This document shows, piece after piece, positions 23,396 through 31,682 of a DNA stretch of 32,000 bases. The notes under the pieces are model-generated. The model saw nothing but the letters and a program-made list of their open reading frames with translations, did not search any database and had not been told where the DNA came from. Numbering within the stretch: position 1 is the stretch's first letter; each line of letters opens with the position of its first letter. The stretch comes from an uncultured Muribaculaceae bacterium. GTDB lineage: Bacteria > Bacteroidota > Bacteroidia > Bacteroidales > Muribaculaceae. The stretch spans positions 56,706 to 88,705 of the forward strand of contig CAJUQP010000008.1 in NCBI GenBank assembly GCA_910588245.1. Direction: 5' to 3'. The position numbers and the translations under genes are program-made.

Positions 23396-23536
23396 GAAAG
23401 GACGAAGGTATTGAACAAAACGGAAATAACTGACTTCTCCCAGGAATTTCACAGCCTCAAAGGAATCAACTATGTTTAAGCCTCTACTATTCAACAGATC
23501 TATTTGTTCAGAAATAGAAAGTGCCTGTTTGGTATA
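23396..23536 (-). pseudogene. Fragment (~47 aa) resembling the N-terminus of an Abi_2 (AbiD/AbiF-like) abortive-infection protein; no ATG, truncated
   Basis: YTKQALSISEQIDLLNSRGLNIVDSFEAVKFLGEVSYFRFVQYLRPF fits the pattern I recall for Abi_2 N-termini: (L/T)xxEQIxxLxxRGLxIxD...A...L..I(N/S)Y(Y/F)R(L/F)..Y..PF. The enclosing ORF (23261..23620) begins with TTG. After this segment its sequence has no family resemblance in any of the three frames I translated. A TATCTTTG box lies at 23618..23625 on the minus strand. Confidence 0.4.
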
Positions 23537-23858
23537 TAATCTTATTGTACCAATATAAAGCAAAAGACCCGCCCTGGTTCGCTGTTCAAATGGGAAGCGT
23601 GGCGGATTCTGTTGCTGCAAAGATACGAATTATTATTGATTACACAAACTTTTTCGAATGGATAATCTTCAAAATGGTGGCTACATTGCGAATAACCGTA
23701 TCCGTTTCCGTATTTTCAGCCACTCACATCGCAATATAGACGCGAAAATCAGGCATATTAAGAGCTCACGCAATCAGATCGTCCGTGGGTTTCATAACTA
23801 ACAACAGTTCTTCCGTCGAGATACTGTAATAGAGATATGACTGGATTCAATCACAATC

Positions 23859-25535
23859 TCAGAGACGCTGAAGATACTCATACAGGTCGGTTTCGGCATC
23901 AAGATCGAGGGCTTTGCGCAAGCGGTAACGGTTCATGTTGACAGTTTTCGGTTCAAGACCAAGAAGCATTGAGATCTCTTTCGACGACATCCCACCCCTG
24001 ATCAACAGGGCAAGATTGCGCTCCCCTTTCGTCAGGGCAGGATGACGCTCAAGAAGGTGTTGCATGAAATCCTTGTTGCGTTCCTCCGCTTTCAGCAAAA
24101 GGGTCTGACTCGTCTTGTCGTTGCTGGCATAGGTGCTGATGAAGGCATTGATCTTCTTCAGATGGGGCACTATCGCGGAAGGGTCCATCTTATACCCCTC
24201 GCGGAGCATCTCGCGAATGCGGGTCATCATCTCGTTTCGGCTCTTGAGAAAGGCGGCGAATCCTGTCAGCTCACGGTGACTCGCCGAAAGCATATTGCGT
24301 GTGTTCTCAAGCTCGAGTTGTTTCTGACGCAACTTCAGGCTGTCGAGTTCCTTGTCCTTTTGGTCGAGTTCGTGACGTGTCTCAAGGAGCTGGAGATTTT
24401 TCCCATGGCGATACCATTTGTAATAGAAAAGACCGCTGACACCCCCGAGCACAACCACAGCTATAAGAATCCATATATTGCGGTGAAGCAGTTTTATACG
24501 GTAGTCGCTTTCCTGACGCTCTATAGCCCGCCTCTGATCTACGATACGCTTGTAACTCAACTCCATCTCGGCATTACGTTGATTATTGCGCCTCTGAAGA
24601 TCCCTGACAAGCACAGTCATATTCCAAAGATAGTCATGGGCTTTCTTGTAGTTACCGATCTGTGAATAAGCCAAAGCCATATACTCATAGTAATCACACA
24701 GAAGCTCTCGAGCCTCTATCTGCGATATATATTTATAGGCTTCGTCGAGTGCTTGCAAGGCTTCTTGCGGACGTCCGGCATAGCAGAGCTGCCTACCCTT
24801 ATTGTTGAAGTTCTCGCCCAGCGACCATTTAGAATCAAGATTCTTGTTGATAGTTATGGCCTCGTCGATCATGGCAAGCTTCTCCTCACTGTCTCCGCGA
24901 TAAAGACACATGTTATTGAGATTTCTTGCTATCCCTTCGAGGTTATGCTGACGCCGGTTGATGTCGAGTGCGCGGCGGAAGAGATGCTCCGCCACCACGT
25001 ATTGGTCGGTGTTGAGCAGCATGACACCGCGCTCGTTGTAGCACCAGGCCACCGACGTGGAGTCGCCGAGGGCGCGGAATATGGAGGTAGCCTTATCGTT
25101 GAGTTCCGACGAGCGTGAGAAATCACCGAGCTTACCGAACACACGTCCCTGAAGCGCATAGAGGCGTGCGCGTGTGGCCATGTCGGATGAGTCGACAAGC
25201 GCCTCAGCATCGTGAAGCGTCCGGATACTGAGATCGAAATTGCCGAGCAGCTGCTCCGCCTCTCCGTAAAGGATCGTGGCCTCACGGCAGACGGAATCAG
25301 GATCAGAAAGGTCTGACAGACGAATGGCATTACCCGCGAGTCTCGAGGCCTCCTTAGGGCTGCTATAAAGACTCTCCCTCGCTTTCTCAAGAAGACGCAG
25401 GGCTGTGGGATTGGTATCCGCCCCGGCGCTTCCCAAGGGAAGGAGAAGCGCCAGAAGCGGAAATATCATGCCTATGGCCAACCGGCCGCGGAGAGGATAA
25501 TGATGCCGCATGGTGCCGTCAGCATCTGTTGTCAT
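23859..25535 (-). CDS. Transmembrane one-component regulator: N-terminal signal/anchor, periplasmic TPR repeats, TM helix, coiled coil, C-terminal LuxR-type HTH
   Basis: N-terminal hydrophobic segment LAIGMIFPLLALLLPLGSAGA. TPR-like repeats span aa ~45-330. TM helix IWILIAVVVLGGVSGLFYYKWY. Coiled coil LETRHELDQKDKELDSLKLRQKQLELEN. LuxR/GerE HTH LTKGERNLALLIRGGMSSKEISMLLGLEPKTVNMNRYRLRKAL. ATG 25535 overlaps the upstream stop as ATGA. Confidence 0.8.
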   Translation of the reverse strand: MTTDADGTMRHHYPLRGRLAIGMIFPLLALLLPLGSAGADTNPTALRLLEKARESLYSSPKEASRLAGNAIRLSDLSDPDSVCREATILYGEAEQLLGNFDLSIRTLHDAEALVDSSDMATRARLYALQGRVFGKLGDFSRSSELNDKATSIFRALGDSTSVAWCYNERGVMLLNTDQYVVAEHLFRRALDINRRQHNLEGIARNLNNMCLYRGDSEEKLAMIDEAITINKNLDSKWSLGENFNNKGRQLCYAGRPQEALQALDEAYKYISQIEARELLCDYYEYMALAYSQIGNYKKAHDYLWNMTVLVRDLQRRNNQRNAEMELSYKRIVDQRRAIERQESDYRIKLLHRNIWILIAVVVLGGVSGLFYYKWYRHGKNLQLLETRHELDQKDKELDSLKLRQKQLELENTRNMLSASHRELTGFAAFLKSRNEMMTRIREMLREGYKMDPSAIVPHLKKINAFISTYASNDKTSQTLLLKAEERNKDFMQHLLERHPALTKGERNLALLIRGGMSSKEISMLLGLEPKTVNMNRYRLRKALDLDAETDLYEYLQRL

Positions 25536-28500
25536 TTGCCGTCGATCTCCTGGAGGAGAGCGCGCACAGCGGTCTCTATCTGGGCATCGACACCCCTTAC
25601 GATATCAGCCGGAGAGTTTGCCACCTTGATGTCAGGCTCAAGCTGGGAGTTCTCGAGGATATTCCCTTCCTCCGTGCGGAATGCCACGACAGGCACTCCG
25701 AACAGCAGCGACGGATCCTGAAGGTCAATCCAGTTGACACTCGACATGGTGCCGGGCACCGGCATACCCACGAGCTTGCCGAGTTTCTTCTTCTTGTAGA
25801 CCCAGGGGGTGCCGTGGGCATTGCTGTAGTTGGCCTCACCCATCACCATGATGCTGGGTTTGTTCCACCGGCGCGACGGCATTTCCGAAGACTTGCGGCC
25901 GTGAATCTCCTGGGTGAGATACTTATCGCCGCTGAAGAGCACCTCTATGTCCTCGTGGAGGCGTCCGCCGCCGTTCCATCGCGTATCAATCACAATTCCA
26001 TCCTTGCCGACGAATTTGCCGAGAAGCTTGGAATAGACATCGCGGAAACTGTCGTCGCTCATGGAGCGTATATGCACATAGCCGAGGCGTCCACCTGAAA
26101 GGGAGTCGACAGCCGCCTCGCGCCCCTTCACCCAGCGGTCGTAGAGAAGATTGTTCATCTGCGCGGTAGAGATCGGGAGAATCACCTCTTCCGATTTCTC
26201 GCCTGTACGGGGATTGGAGAATGCCACGAGAGTTTTCTTGCGCAGAATGCCGTTGAAGAGTTTAGTCCAGTCCTCATCTGCCTTTACGGGCACGCCATTG
26301 ACAGCCGTGATGATATCGCCGGCCTTCATCGCCGTCGTGGCACGGTCGAAGGGTCCGCCCTCCACGATCTCGCTCACACGGAGGCCGTCGCCATCATAAT
26401 TCCAGTCGAAAAGCAGCCCAAACGATGCCGTGGCGTCCTTGGCCGCGGCACCGTAATAACGTCCTCCGGAGTGCGACACGTTGAGCTCACCGAGAAGCTC
26501 GCTGAGGAGCGGGGCGAAATCGGCATTATGGCTGATGTGGGGGAGGAAGCGGCGGTAGTTCTCCACATACATATCCCAATCTACAGGCATCTCCGGGAGA
26601 AGGAAACGCTCACGGGCTTCGTTCTTCACATAGTCGAGCATGAATTCACGCTCACGGGCAAGATCCATCTTCATGCTGCCGGATATCCCTACGTTCTTGA
26701 GCGAACGGCTCTTCGGATCGAATTTCTTCACCGTAGACCCCGCCAGGAACATGTTGCCGTCGGCATCGGTCTGTATCCTGACGTTGCCGGAGTCGAGCTT
26801 CTTCTCAAGCGACACATCCCCCTTGCGGAGATCTTTCTTCCAGAGGTCGTAGCCACCCTCGAACGCGGAGAGATAATAAAGAGTCTCACCATCTTTTGAG
26901 AGCACGAAATCGGCGATATCCGATGAGTTGGGCGTCAGACGTACGATCCGGTCCTGAAGTCCGTCAAAGTCTATCTCTATATCCTTGCTCTCCTCCGCGG
27001 CGTTATCTCCGGCGTTGCCATTCTTATCTTTCTTCCCTTTCTTGTCGTTCTTGCCGTTTTTGGCCTCTTTCTTCTTATCGGCGGCTTTCTTCTGCTCTTT
27101 CTCCACCTCTTTCAACAGAGCGAGATCCTCTTCCGAGAGACGGAAACGGTCGTAGGCATCCTTGGTCAGGAACACCATCATGACGTCATACTGCGAGCCC
27201 CAGGAGGCATGGTTGCGCATTCCATAACGCTCTGAAGCGAAAAGCAGCGCTTTCCCGTCGGAACTCCAGCGGGGATTCTGGTCGAAGTATCCGCTCTCCG
27301 TGATGTGCACGATCTTCCCGTCGGATGCATTCACGATAGCGATATCATCGTAAGGCTCATGGAGAGGGTTCGACATCTCCACAGCTATCCAACGGCTGTC
27401 GGGGCTCCAAACCATCGTGAAATTGCCGTTGCGGTAGTTGGTGACAGGCTCGTGACGAAGTTCCTTTACCGACTTCGAGGCGAGATCCATCACACACATT
27501 ATGTTGCGGTCTTTCAAGAAAGCCATCTTCTTTCCGTCGGGCGATACCACAGGGTTGCTTCTCTCCACGCCGTCATCGGGGAAAAGCGCTTCCTCATCGA
27601 TAAGTGTGGCGTTGGAGAAATTGGGGTCTTCCTTGCGGGATATTTTCGCGCGATAGATTGTCGGGCGGCCTGTGCGGTAGGTGGTGTAGTAAAGCTCGCG
27701 GCCATCCTTGCCCCATGAGAGCTGCCCCTCTGCGGCGGCCGTGTGCGTCACCTGTTTTGTCGAGGGGAATTCAACAGATGTGACAAACACCTCGCCGCGG
27801 TTGGTGAAGGCAACCTGTTTTCCGTCGGGCGATACAGCCGACTCCTCGGCATTCGAGAAACGTATCGTAGCATCTTCGTCGGAACCCGTATCGGTCACGT
27901 CAATGTCCACTTTCACAGGTTTCGATCCCGGGCGCATAGTGTAGAGTTCGCCATTGTAGGTGAATGCCAGCAGGCCGTTGGCACCACAGCTCAAGAAACG
28001 CACGGGATGGGTGGTGAAGTCGGTGAGCTGTGTCGCCGCACCTTTGCCGTTGAGCGCCATGGAGTAGACATTGAACGAACCGCCGTCGCGCTCGCTCAGG
28101 AAATAAAGGGTCTTGCCATCGGGCGAGGGGGCCGGATCGCGGTCTTCTCCCGCGCGAGCTGTCAGGTTGGTGAAAGATCCGGAAGAGGGCTGCCAGGCCC
28201 AGATATCGCGGGTGATGGAAGATGTGTGATGTTTGCGCCATTTGTCTTCATTGCCCTTCACGTCTTCGAAGACCATTATGTCGGTGCCGGGCACGAACTC
28301 AACATTCACCGCGGGAGTGGGGAGGAGCTGGGAGATGCGTCCTCCCGTCACAGGCACCGTATAAAGCTCACTGTTGGAACGCATGGGAGCAAGCACGCTG
28401 GATGCCGGATCCTGGAGCGTGGCAGAGAATATCACGCTCTTGCCGTCGGCGGTGAAGGCCTCGGGAGTCTCGGCAGCCGAGTTGAATGTCAGCCTCAGTG

Positions 28501-28798
28501 GATTCGAGCCGTCAGCACCCATGAAATAGATATCGGAGCCTCCGTTGCGGTCGGAGGAATAGGCAATCCCTGTGCCGTCGGGATTCCACACCGGATTGCA
28601 GTCGTACGATGTGCCGTCGGTAAGTCTCACGGCCTTTCCGCCGGAAGCCGGCACGGAATAGATATCGCCTTTATATTCGAAAGCGATACGGTCGCCGGAA
28701 GGGGAAATTTTCACATCGCGAACCCACATAGGGGCCACCGCATAGGCTCCGCAAATTGTCAGAGCCATGAAGGAGGTCAGTATCAGTTTTTTATTCAT
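25532..28798 (-). CDS. Tricorn-like S41 peptidase (beta-propeller / PDZ / S41 catalytic domain), secreted, 1088 aa
   Basis: Signal peptide MNKKLILTSFMALTICGAYA. Repeated TolB/WD40-like propeller blades (SPDGxxIAF...IY motifs) are followed by a PDZ-like segment (GLRVSEIVEGGPFDRATTAMKAGDIITAVNG) and a C-terminal S41-like region (LGYVHIRSM...VIDTRWNGGG...GTMSSV). Size and order match the tricorn protease homologs common in Bacteroidota. Confidence 0.87.
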   Translation of the reverse strand: MNKKLILTSFMALTICGAYAVAPMWVRDVKISPSGDRIAFEYKGDIYSVPASGGKAVRLTDGTSYDCNPVWNPDGTGIAYSSDRNGGSDIYFMGADGSNPLRLTFNSAAETPEAFTADGKSVIFSATLQDPASSVLAPMRSNSELYTVPVTGGRISQLLPTPAVNVEFVPGTDIMVFEDVKGNEDKWRKHHTSSITRDIWAWQPSSGSFTNLTARAGEDRDPAPSPDGKTLYFLSERDGGSFNVYSMALNGKGAATQLTDFTTHPVRFLSCGANGLLAFTYNGELYTMRPGSKPVKVDIDVTDTGSDEDATIRFSNAEESAVSPDGKQVAFTNRGEVFVTSVEFPSTKQVTHTAAAEGQLSWGKDGRELYYTTYRTGRPTIYRAKISRKEDPNFSNATLIDEEALFPDDGVERSNPVVSPDGKKMAFLKDRNIMCVMDLASKSVKELRHEPVTNYRNGNFTMVWSPDSRWIAVEMSNPLHEPYDDIAIVNASDGKIVHITESGYFDQNPRWSSDGKALLFASERYGMRNHASWGSQYDVMMVFLTKDAYDRFRLSEEDLALLKEVEKEQKKAADKKKEAKNGKNDKKGKKDKNGNAGDNAAEESKDIEIDFDGLQDRIVRLTPNSSDIADFVLSKDGETLYYLSAFEGGYDLWKKDLRKGDVSLEKKLDSGNVRIQTDADGNMFLAGSTVKKFDPKSRSLKNVGISGSMKMDLAREREFMLDYVKNEARERFLLPEMPVDWDMYVENYRRFLPHISHNADFAPLLSELLGELNVSHSGGRYYGAAAKDATASFGLLFDWNYDGDGLRVSEIVEGGPFDRATTAMKAGDIITAVNGVPVKADEDWTKLFNGILRKKTLVAFSNPRTGEKSEEVILPISTAQMNNLLYDRWVKGREAAVDSLSGGRLGYVHIRSMSDDSFRDVYSKLLGKFVGKDGIVIDTRWNGGGRLHEDIEVLFSGDKYLTQEIHGRKSSEMPSRRWNKPSIMVMGEANYSNAHGTPWVYKKKKLGKLVGMPVPGTMSSVNWIDLQDPSLLFGVPVVAFRTEEGNILENSQLEPDIKVANSPADIVRGVDAQIETAVRALLQEIDGK

Positions 28799-28847
28799 AG
28801 GTCAGTTGCCCGGCATACGATGATGCCTTTAAAGTATGTTTTCTCCT

Positions 28848-28855
28848 CAAAATTA
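28848..28855 (-). promoter_or_regulatory. Candidate -7 box (TAATTTTG) for the protease-regulator operon
   Basis: The + strand reads caaaatta. It lies 50 nt upstream of ATG 28798. This is a motif match only. Confidence 0.3.
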
Positions 28856-28914
28856 GAAAAAATCTATCGTCCCTGCAATTTACGCAGTAAAAAAATCGCA
28901 CAAATCTGCGGATG

Positions 28915-30039
28915 TCAGCGCACGATAAGTTTCTGCGGGGCTCGCAGGCCTTCGGCCATTATGATATATATGCCGCGAGGGAGCATGAATATATCGCCCG
29001 TTGAGGCGGCGGCCACATGCATCACCACACGCCCCGAGATATCATAGACACGCAGGTCGCCGACTGAGGAAAGCACACTGAATCCGCCGTCGACATATCC
29101 TATGACAGCATCAGTCATTTCCTCATAATCCACATCCGCGCTCCCGGGTACGGTCGGGGTCAACCCCTTTTGATCAGCGATATAGAAAGTCTGCTCCATG
29201 CGGGCGCCCCACACGTATTCCGCGAGCTCCGGGAAATCGACATAAGGATTGCGGTTGCCCTGCGATTTCTCCACAGCATCGTTGCGCATACGCTCCTTGT
29301 CGCTCACCGGATCGCGGCGCGACCAATCAAGCAGCATGTCAATGGCCCATGGCCGGAATGTTGGCCAGGAGGTTCGTTCAAACACGGTGTTGCGGCTGTC
29401 TGTCCATTGCAGATGGTCGTAGACCGTCGCCACATAGAAATATGCTCTCGCGAAATCACCCTTGTATTCATCGGCCGGCTCGAACACCATCCCGACACCA
29501 CCGCCGCAATCAGCTTTGGGGACGCCTACTTTCGTGACCCCGTTGTTGAACTTAGGATTGTCGGCCGTCTCACCCACAGGATAATTCGATTTCGCATTGT
29601 TGGCTTTGCCGTCGGAAGGGAAGAGGTTCCACATGTCGGAATACGCCGGAGTATATTTCACGTCGTTGTTCTCCTTCCACCATGATTTCGGCACCACATG
29701 CTCGCGTTGCATGCCATTGGCCGAATAGCTGGTACGCGCCGTCTGCCCGGGAAGGATGAGATAGACGTTGGCTGAATACATTTCCCACCACCGCTTGCAC
29801 ATCTCTCCAGCTTTGGATGGATTCTCTACCAAATCGGGATATACATCGGAATTCTCCCAATATGTGGGCAGATCATCATACAACAGACGCGTATGTGACG
29901 TCACACTCTCCTTTGCCGCGGCTTTGAGATATTCGCGCGTCAGTCCGTCGAGGGCATCATAGTAGCCCTCCCTGAAGTCGGCGCGGGCCTGCGTCAGCAC
30001 GCAGGCCGCGACCGACAGGATGATTATCGATCGTTTCAA
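28915..30039 (-). CDS. Endonuclease I family (PF04231-like) extracellular nuclease with a T9SS C-terminal sorting domain; apparent TTG start
   Basis: Endonuclease-I motifs: REHVVPKSWW and MWNLFPSDGKANNAKSNYP. The tail LRVYDISGRVVMHVAAASTGDIFMLPRGIYIIMAEGLRAPQKLIVR looks like a Por/T9SS type-A CTD. A signal peptide (KRSIIILSVAACVLTQARA) begins right at the TTG codon (30037..30039). No in-frame ATG lies between the upstream stop and the mature domain. Confidence 0.85.
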   Translation of the reverse strand: MKRSIIILSVAACVLTQARADFREGYYDALDGLTREYLKAAAKESVTSHTRLLYDDLPTYWENSDVYPDLVENPSKAGEMCKRWWEMYSANVYLILPGQTARTSYSANGMQREHVVPKSWWKENNDVKYTPAYSDMWNLFPSDGKANNAKSNYPVGETADNPKFNNGVTKVGVPKADCGGGVGMVFEPADEYKGDFARAYFYVATVYDHLQWTDSRNTVFERTSWPTFRPWAIDMLLDWSRRDPVSDKERMRNDAVEKSQGNRNPYVDFPELAEYVWGARMEQTFYIADQKGLTPTVPGSADVDYEEMTDAVIGYVDGGFSVLSSVGDLRVYDISGRVVMHVAAASTGDIFMLPRGIYIIMAEGLRAPQKLIVR

Positions 30040-30041
30040 GC

Positions 30042-30091
30042 TAAAGGTTAAAGTATTAAAGGTTAATGGTTAAAGGTATGACCTTTAATCA
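30042..30091. repeat. Cluster of GGTTAAAG-type motifs including a 20-nt exact copy of 6838..6857 and a hairpin over the deoC stop codon
   Basis: taaaggttaaagtattaaag (30042..30061) equals 6838..6857. Further copies are aaggttaa (30058..30065) and ggttaaagg (30068..30076). Hairpin ttaaaggt-atg-acctttaa spans 30070..30088 and extends to 30067/30091 past one mismatch. Confidence 0.6.
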
Positions 30092-30967
30092 GAAAACTTT
30101 CTTCTCCTCTCCGGTGATGGCGGCGAGAAGATTGTTGGCAAGGCTGCTTGCACCGATGCGGAAAAGATCGTGGCAGAGCCATTCGTCGCCGAGCGTCTCT
30201 TTCACTATGGCGTAATAACGCACAGCATCCTCCGCAGTGCGGATTCCTCCGGCTGCCTTGAAACCCACACGACGTCCGGTCTTCTCGAAATATTCCTTTA
30301 TGCACTGACACATCACATAGGCAGCCTCGAGCGACGCCCCGGGATAGATCTTGCCGGTAGAGGTCTTTATGAAGTCAGCCTCGCTGTACATAGCCAGGAT
30401 TGAAGCCTTGCGGATATTCTCGGCCGTCTTAAGGGCTCCCGTCTCGAGAATCACCTTTACGCGTGCATCCTTTGCCGTATGCTTGAGCTCTATGAGTTCG
30501 TCGCAGAGATCCTCATAGTTCTCGTCGCGGAAATACCCGAGATTCATCACCACATCGACCTCATCGGCACCGCCGGCCACCGCCAGGGCCACATCCGCCA
30601 CCTTGACAGCTGTGAAGGTCTGGCTCGAGGGGAAGCCTCCGGCCACTACAGCCACGTCCACGCCAGTCACCTCGAGAGTGGTCTTCACTACCTCGGCGAA
30701 ATTACTGTAGACACAGATAGCCGCCACATTGCGGTATTGCGGATATTCATTGTCGAAATCGTTCACTTTTTGCGTGAAGGCAGTCACGCTGTTCTGGCTG
30801 TCTTCCGTGCTGAGGGTGGTGAGATCGATAGAGCTCAACAGGAATTCATACACTTCCGGAACGGCATACTGCGATGCGTTCCCGACAATTTTCGCGACTT
30901 CTGTGGCCACGACAGCATCGTCGGCTGTCACCTTACTCTCGGCCAGCACTTTGTGATATCTGTCCAT
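30089..30967 (-). CDS. deoC: Deoxyribose-phosphate aldolase
   Basis: DeoC motifs: DLTTLSTEDS, VAAICVY, VVAGGFPSSQT, ADEVDVVMN, KVILETGAL, FIKTSTGK (Schiff-base Lys region) and GFKAAGGIRT. Confidence 0.92.
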   Translation of the reverse strand: MDRYHKVLAESKVTADDAVVATEVAKIVGNASQYAVPEVYEFLLSSIDLTTLSTEDSQNSVTAFTQKVNDFDNEYPQYRNVAAICVYSNFAEVVKTTLEVTGVDVAVVAGGFPSSQTFTAVKVADVALAVAGGADEVDVVMNLGYFRDENYEDLCDELIELKHTAKDARVKVILETGALKTAENIRKASILAMYSEADFIKTSTGKIYPGASLEAAYVMCQCIKEYFEKTGRRVGFKAAGGIRTAEDAVRYYAIVKETLGDEWLCHDLFRIGASSLANNLLAAITGEEKKVF

Positions 30968-31055
30968 AATAAAGATATTTTATCTGTCAATAAAACCGGG
31001 ACGCCATGCCGTCTTCTCCGCCTCCGATCGCGGACCGGCATATCCCGCGCGTCTG

Positions 31056-31063
31056 CAAATATA
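31056..31063 (-). promoter_or_regulatory. Candidate -7 box (TATATTTG) upstream of deoC
   Basis: The + strand reads caaatata. It lies ~90 nt upstream of ATG 30967. This is a motif match only. Confidence 0.25.
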
Positions 31064-31085
31064 CCTAAAAATTTCCAATCGCCAA

Positions 31086-31682
31086 TCATTTTCTCCTCGG
31101 AGCGATCCGGTCGGGATTCCGCTTCAGGAATTCCTCCCACGATTTCGCGCCCTTCTCCACCTGAGGCTTACCGGTCTCATAATAGTGAGCCAGGGCCGCC
31201 GCGAGGGCGTCGGTAGCGTCGAGAAGATGCGGCATGTTCTCCTGCGGTATCTTCAATATATAACGCAGCATGTTGGCGACTTGTTCCTTCGAAGCCTGCC
31301 CGTTGCCGGTGACCGCCTGCTTTATCTTGAGGGGAGCATATTCCGTAATAGGGATATCGCGCTCGAGCACGGCGGCCATGGCCACACCCTGCGCGCGCCC
31401 GAGCTTGAGCATAGACTGCACGTTCTTGCCGAAGAAAGGGGCCTCGATGGCAACCTCGTCGGGCAGATATTGCTCCACAAGCCCGGTGACCCGCTCGAAG
31501 ATCCTCGCCAGGCGCTTGTAGTGGCTCTCGAACTTACTCAGCTGCACCACTCCCATCACTACTACCGAGAGCTGCTTGCCGTTGATGCCGAGCACACCGT
31601 AGCCCATAACGTTCGTGCCGGGGTCGATTCCCATGATCACACGCTCGTAATCCAGATCAGGATTGCGCGATATGCCATTCAT
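31086..31682 (-). CDS. ruvC: Crossover junction endodeoxyribonuclease RuvC
   Basis: [16 protein letters not shown] (catalytic Asp region), [44 protein letters not shown] and [13 protein letters not shown]. The ATG overlaps the upstream gene's stop as ATGA (31679..31682). Confidence 0.93.
   Translation of the reverse strand: MNGISRNPDLDYERVIMGIDPGTNVMGYGVLGINGKQLSVVVMGVVQLSKFESHYKRLARIFERVTGLVEQYLPDEVAIEAPFFGKNVQSMLKLGRAQGVAMAAVLERDIPITEYAPLKIKQAVTGNGQASKEQVANMLRYILKIPQENMPHLLDATDALAAALAHYYETGKPQVEKGAKSWEEFLKRNPDRIAPRRK

Noticed and set aside
23261-23620. 119-aa ORF as an intact gene
   Set aside because: It starts at TTG. Only aa ~29-75 resemble anything (the Abi_2 N-terminus). It is far shorter than Abi proteins (~300 aa) and ends in repeat-rich sequence. 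I call it a fragment or pseudogene.
23830-23858. tRNA-like T-loop string (ggattcaatc)
   Set aside because: The flanking bases do not form acceptor or T stems, and no cloverleaf can be drawn.
26985-27120. Lys/Asn/Gly-rich low-complexity stretch (KKAADKKKEAKNGKNDKKGKKDKNGNAGDN) inside the protease gene
   Set aside because: It is in frame and flanked by well-formed domains. It most likely encodes a flexible linker and not an insertion, repeat expansion or separate feature.
28887-28912. Possible terminator after the nuclease gene (small stem cgca/tgcg followed by a T7 run on the minus strand)
   Set aside because: The stem is only 4-5 bp and weak. I am not confident enough to call a terminator, although the U-run is suggestive.
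27743-29047. 434-aa ORF on the + strand (also 25529..26098, 26471..26899 and 27305..27718)
   Set aside because: These lie antisense to the tricorn-like protease and the nuclease. They have low-complexity Arg/Gly/His-rich sequence and span a real intergenic region. I treat them as shadow ORFs.
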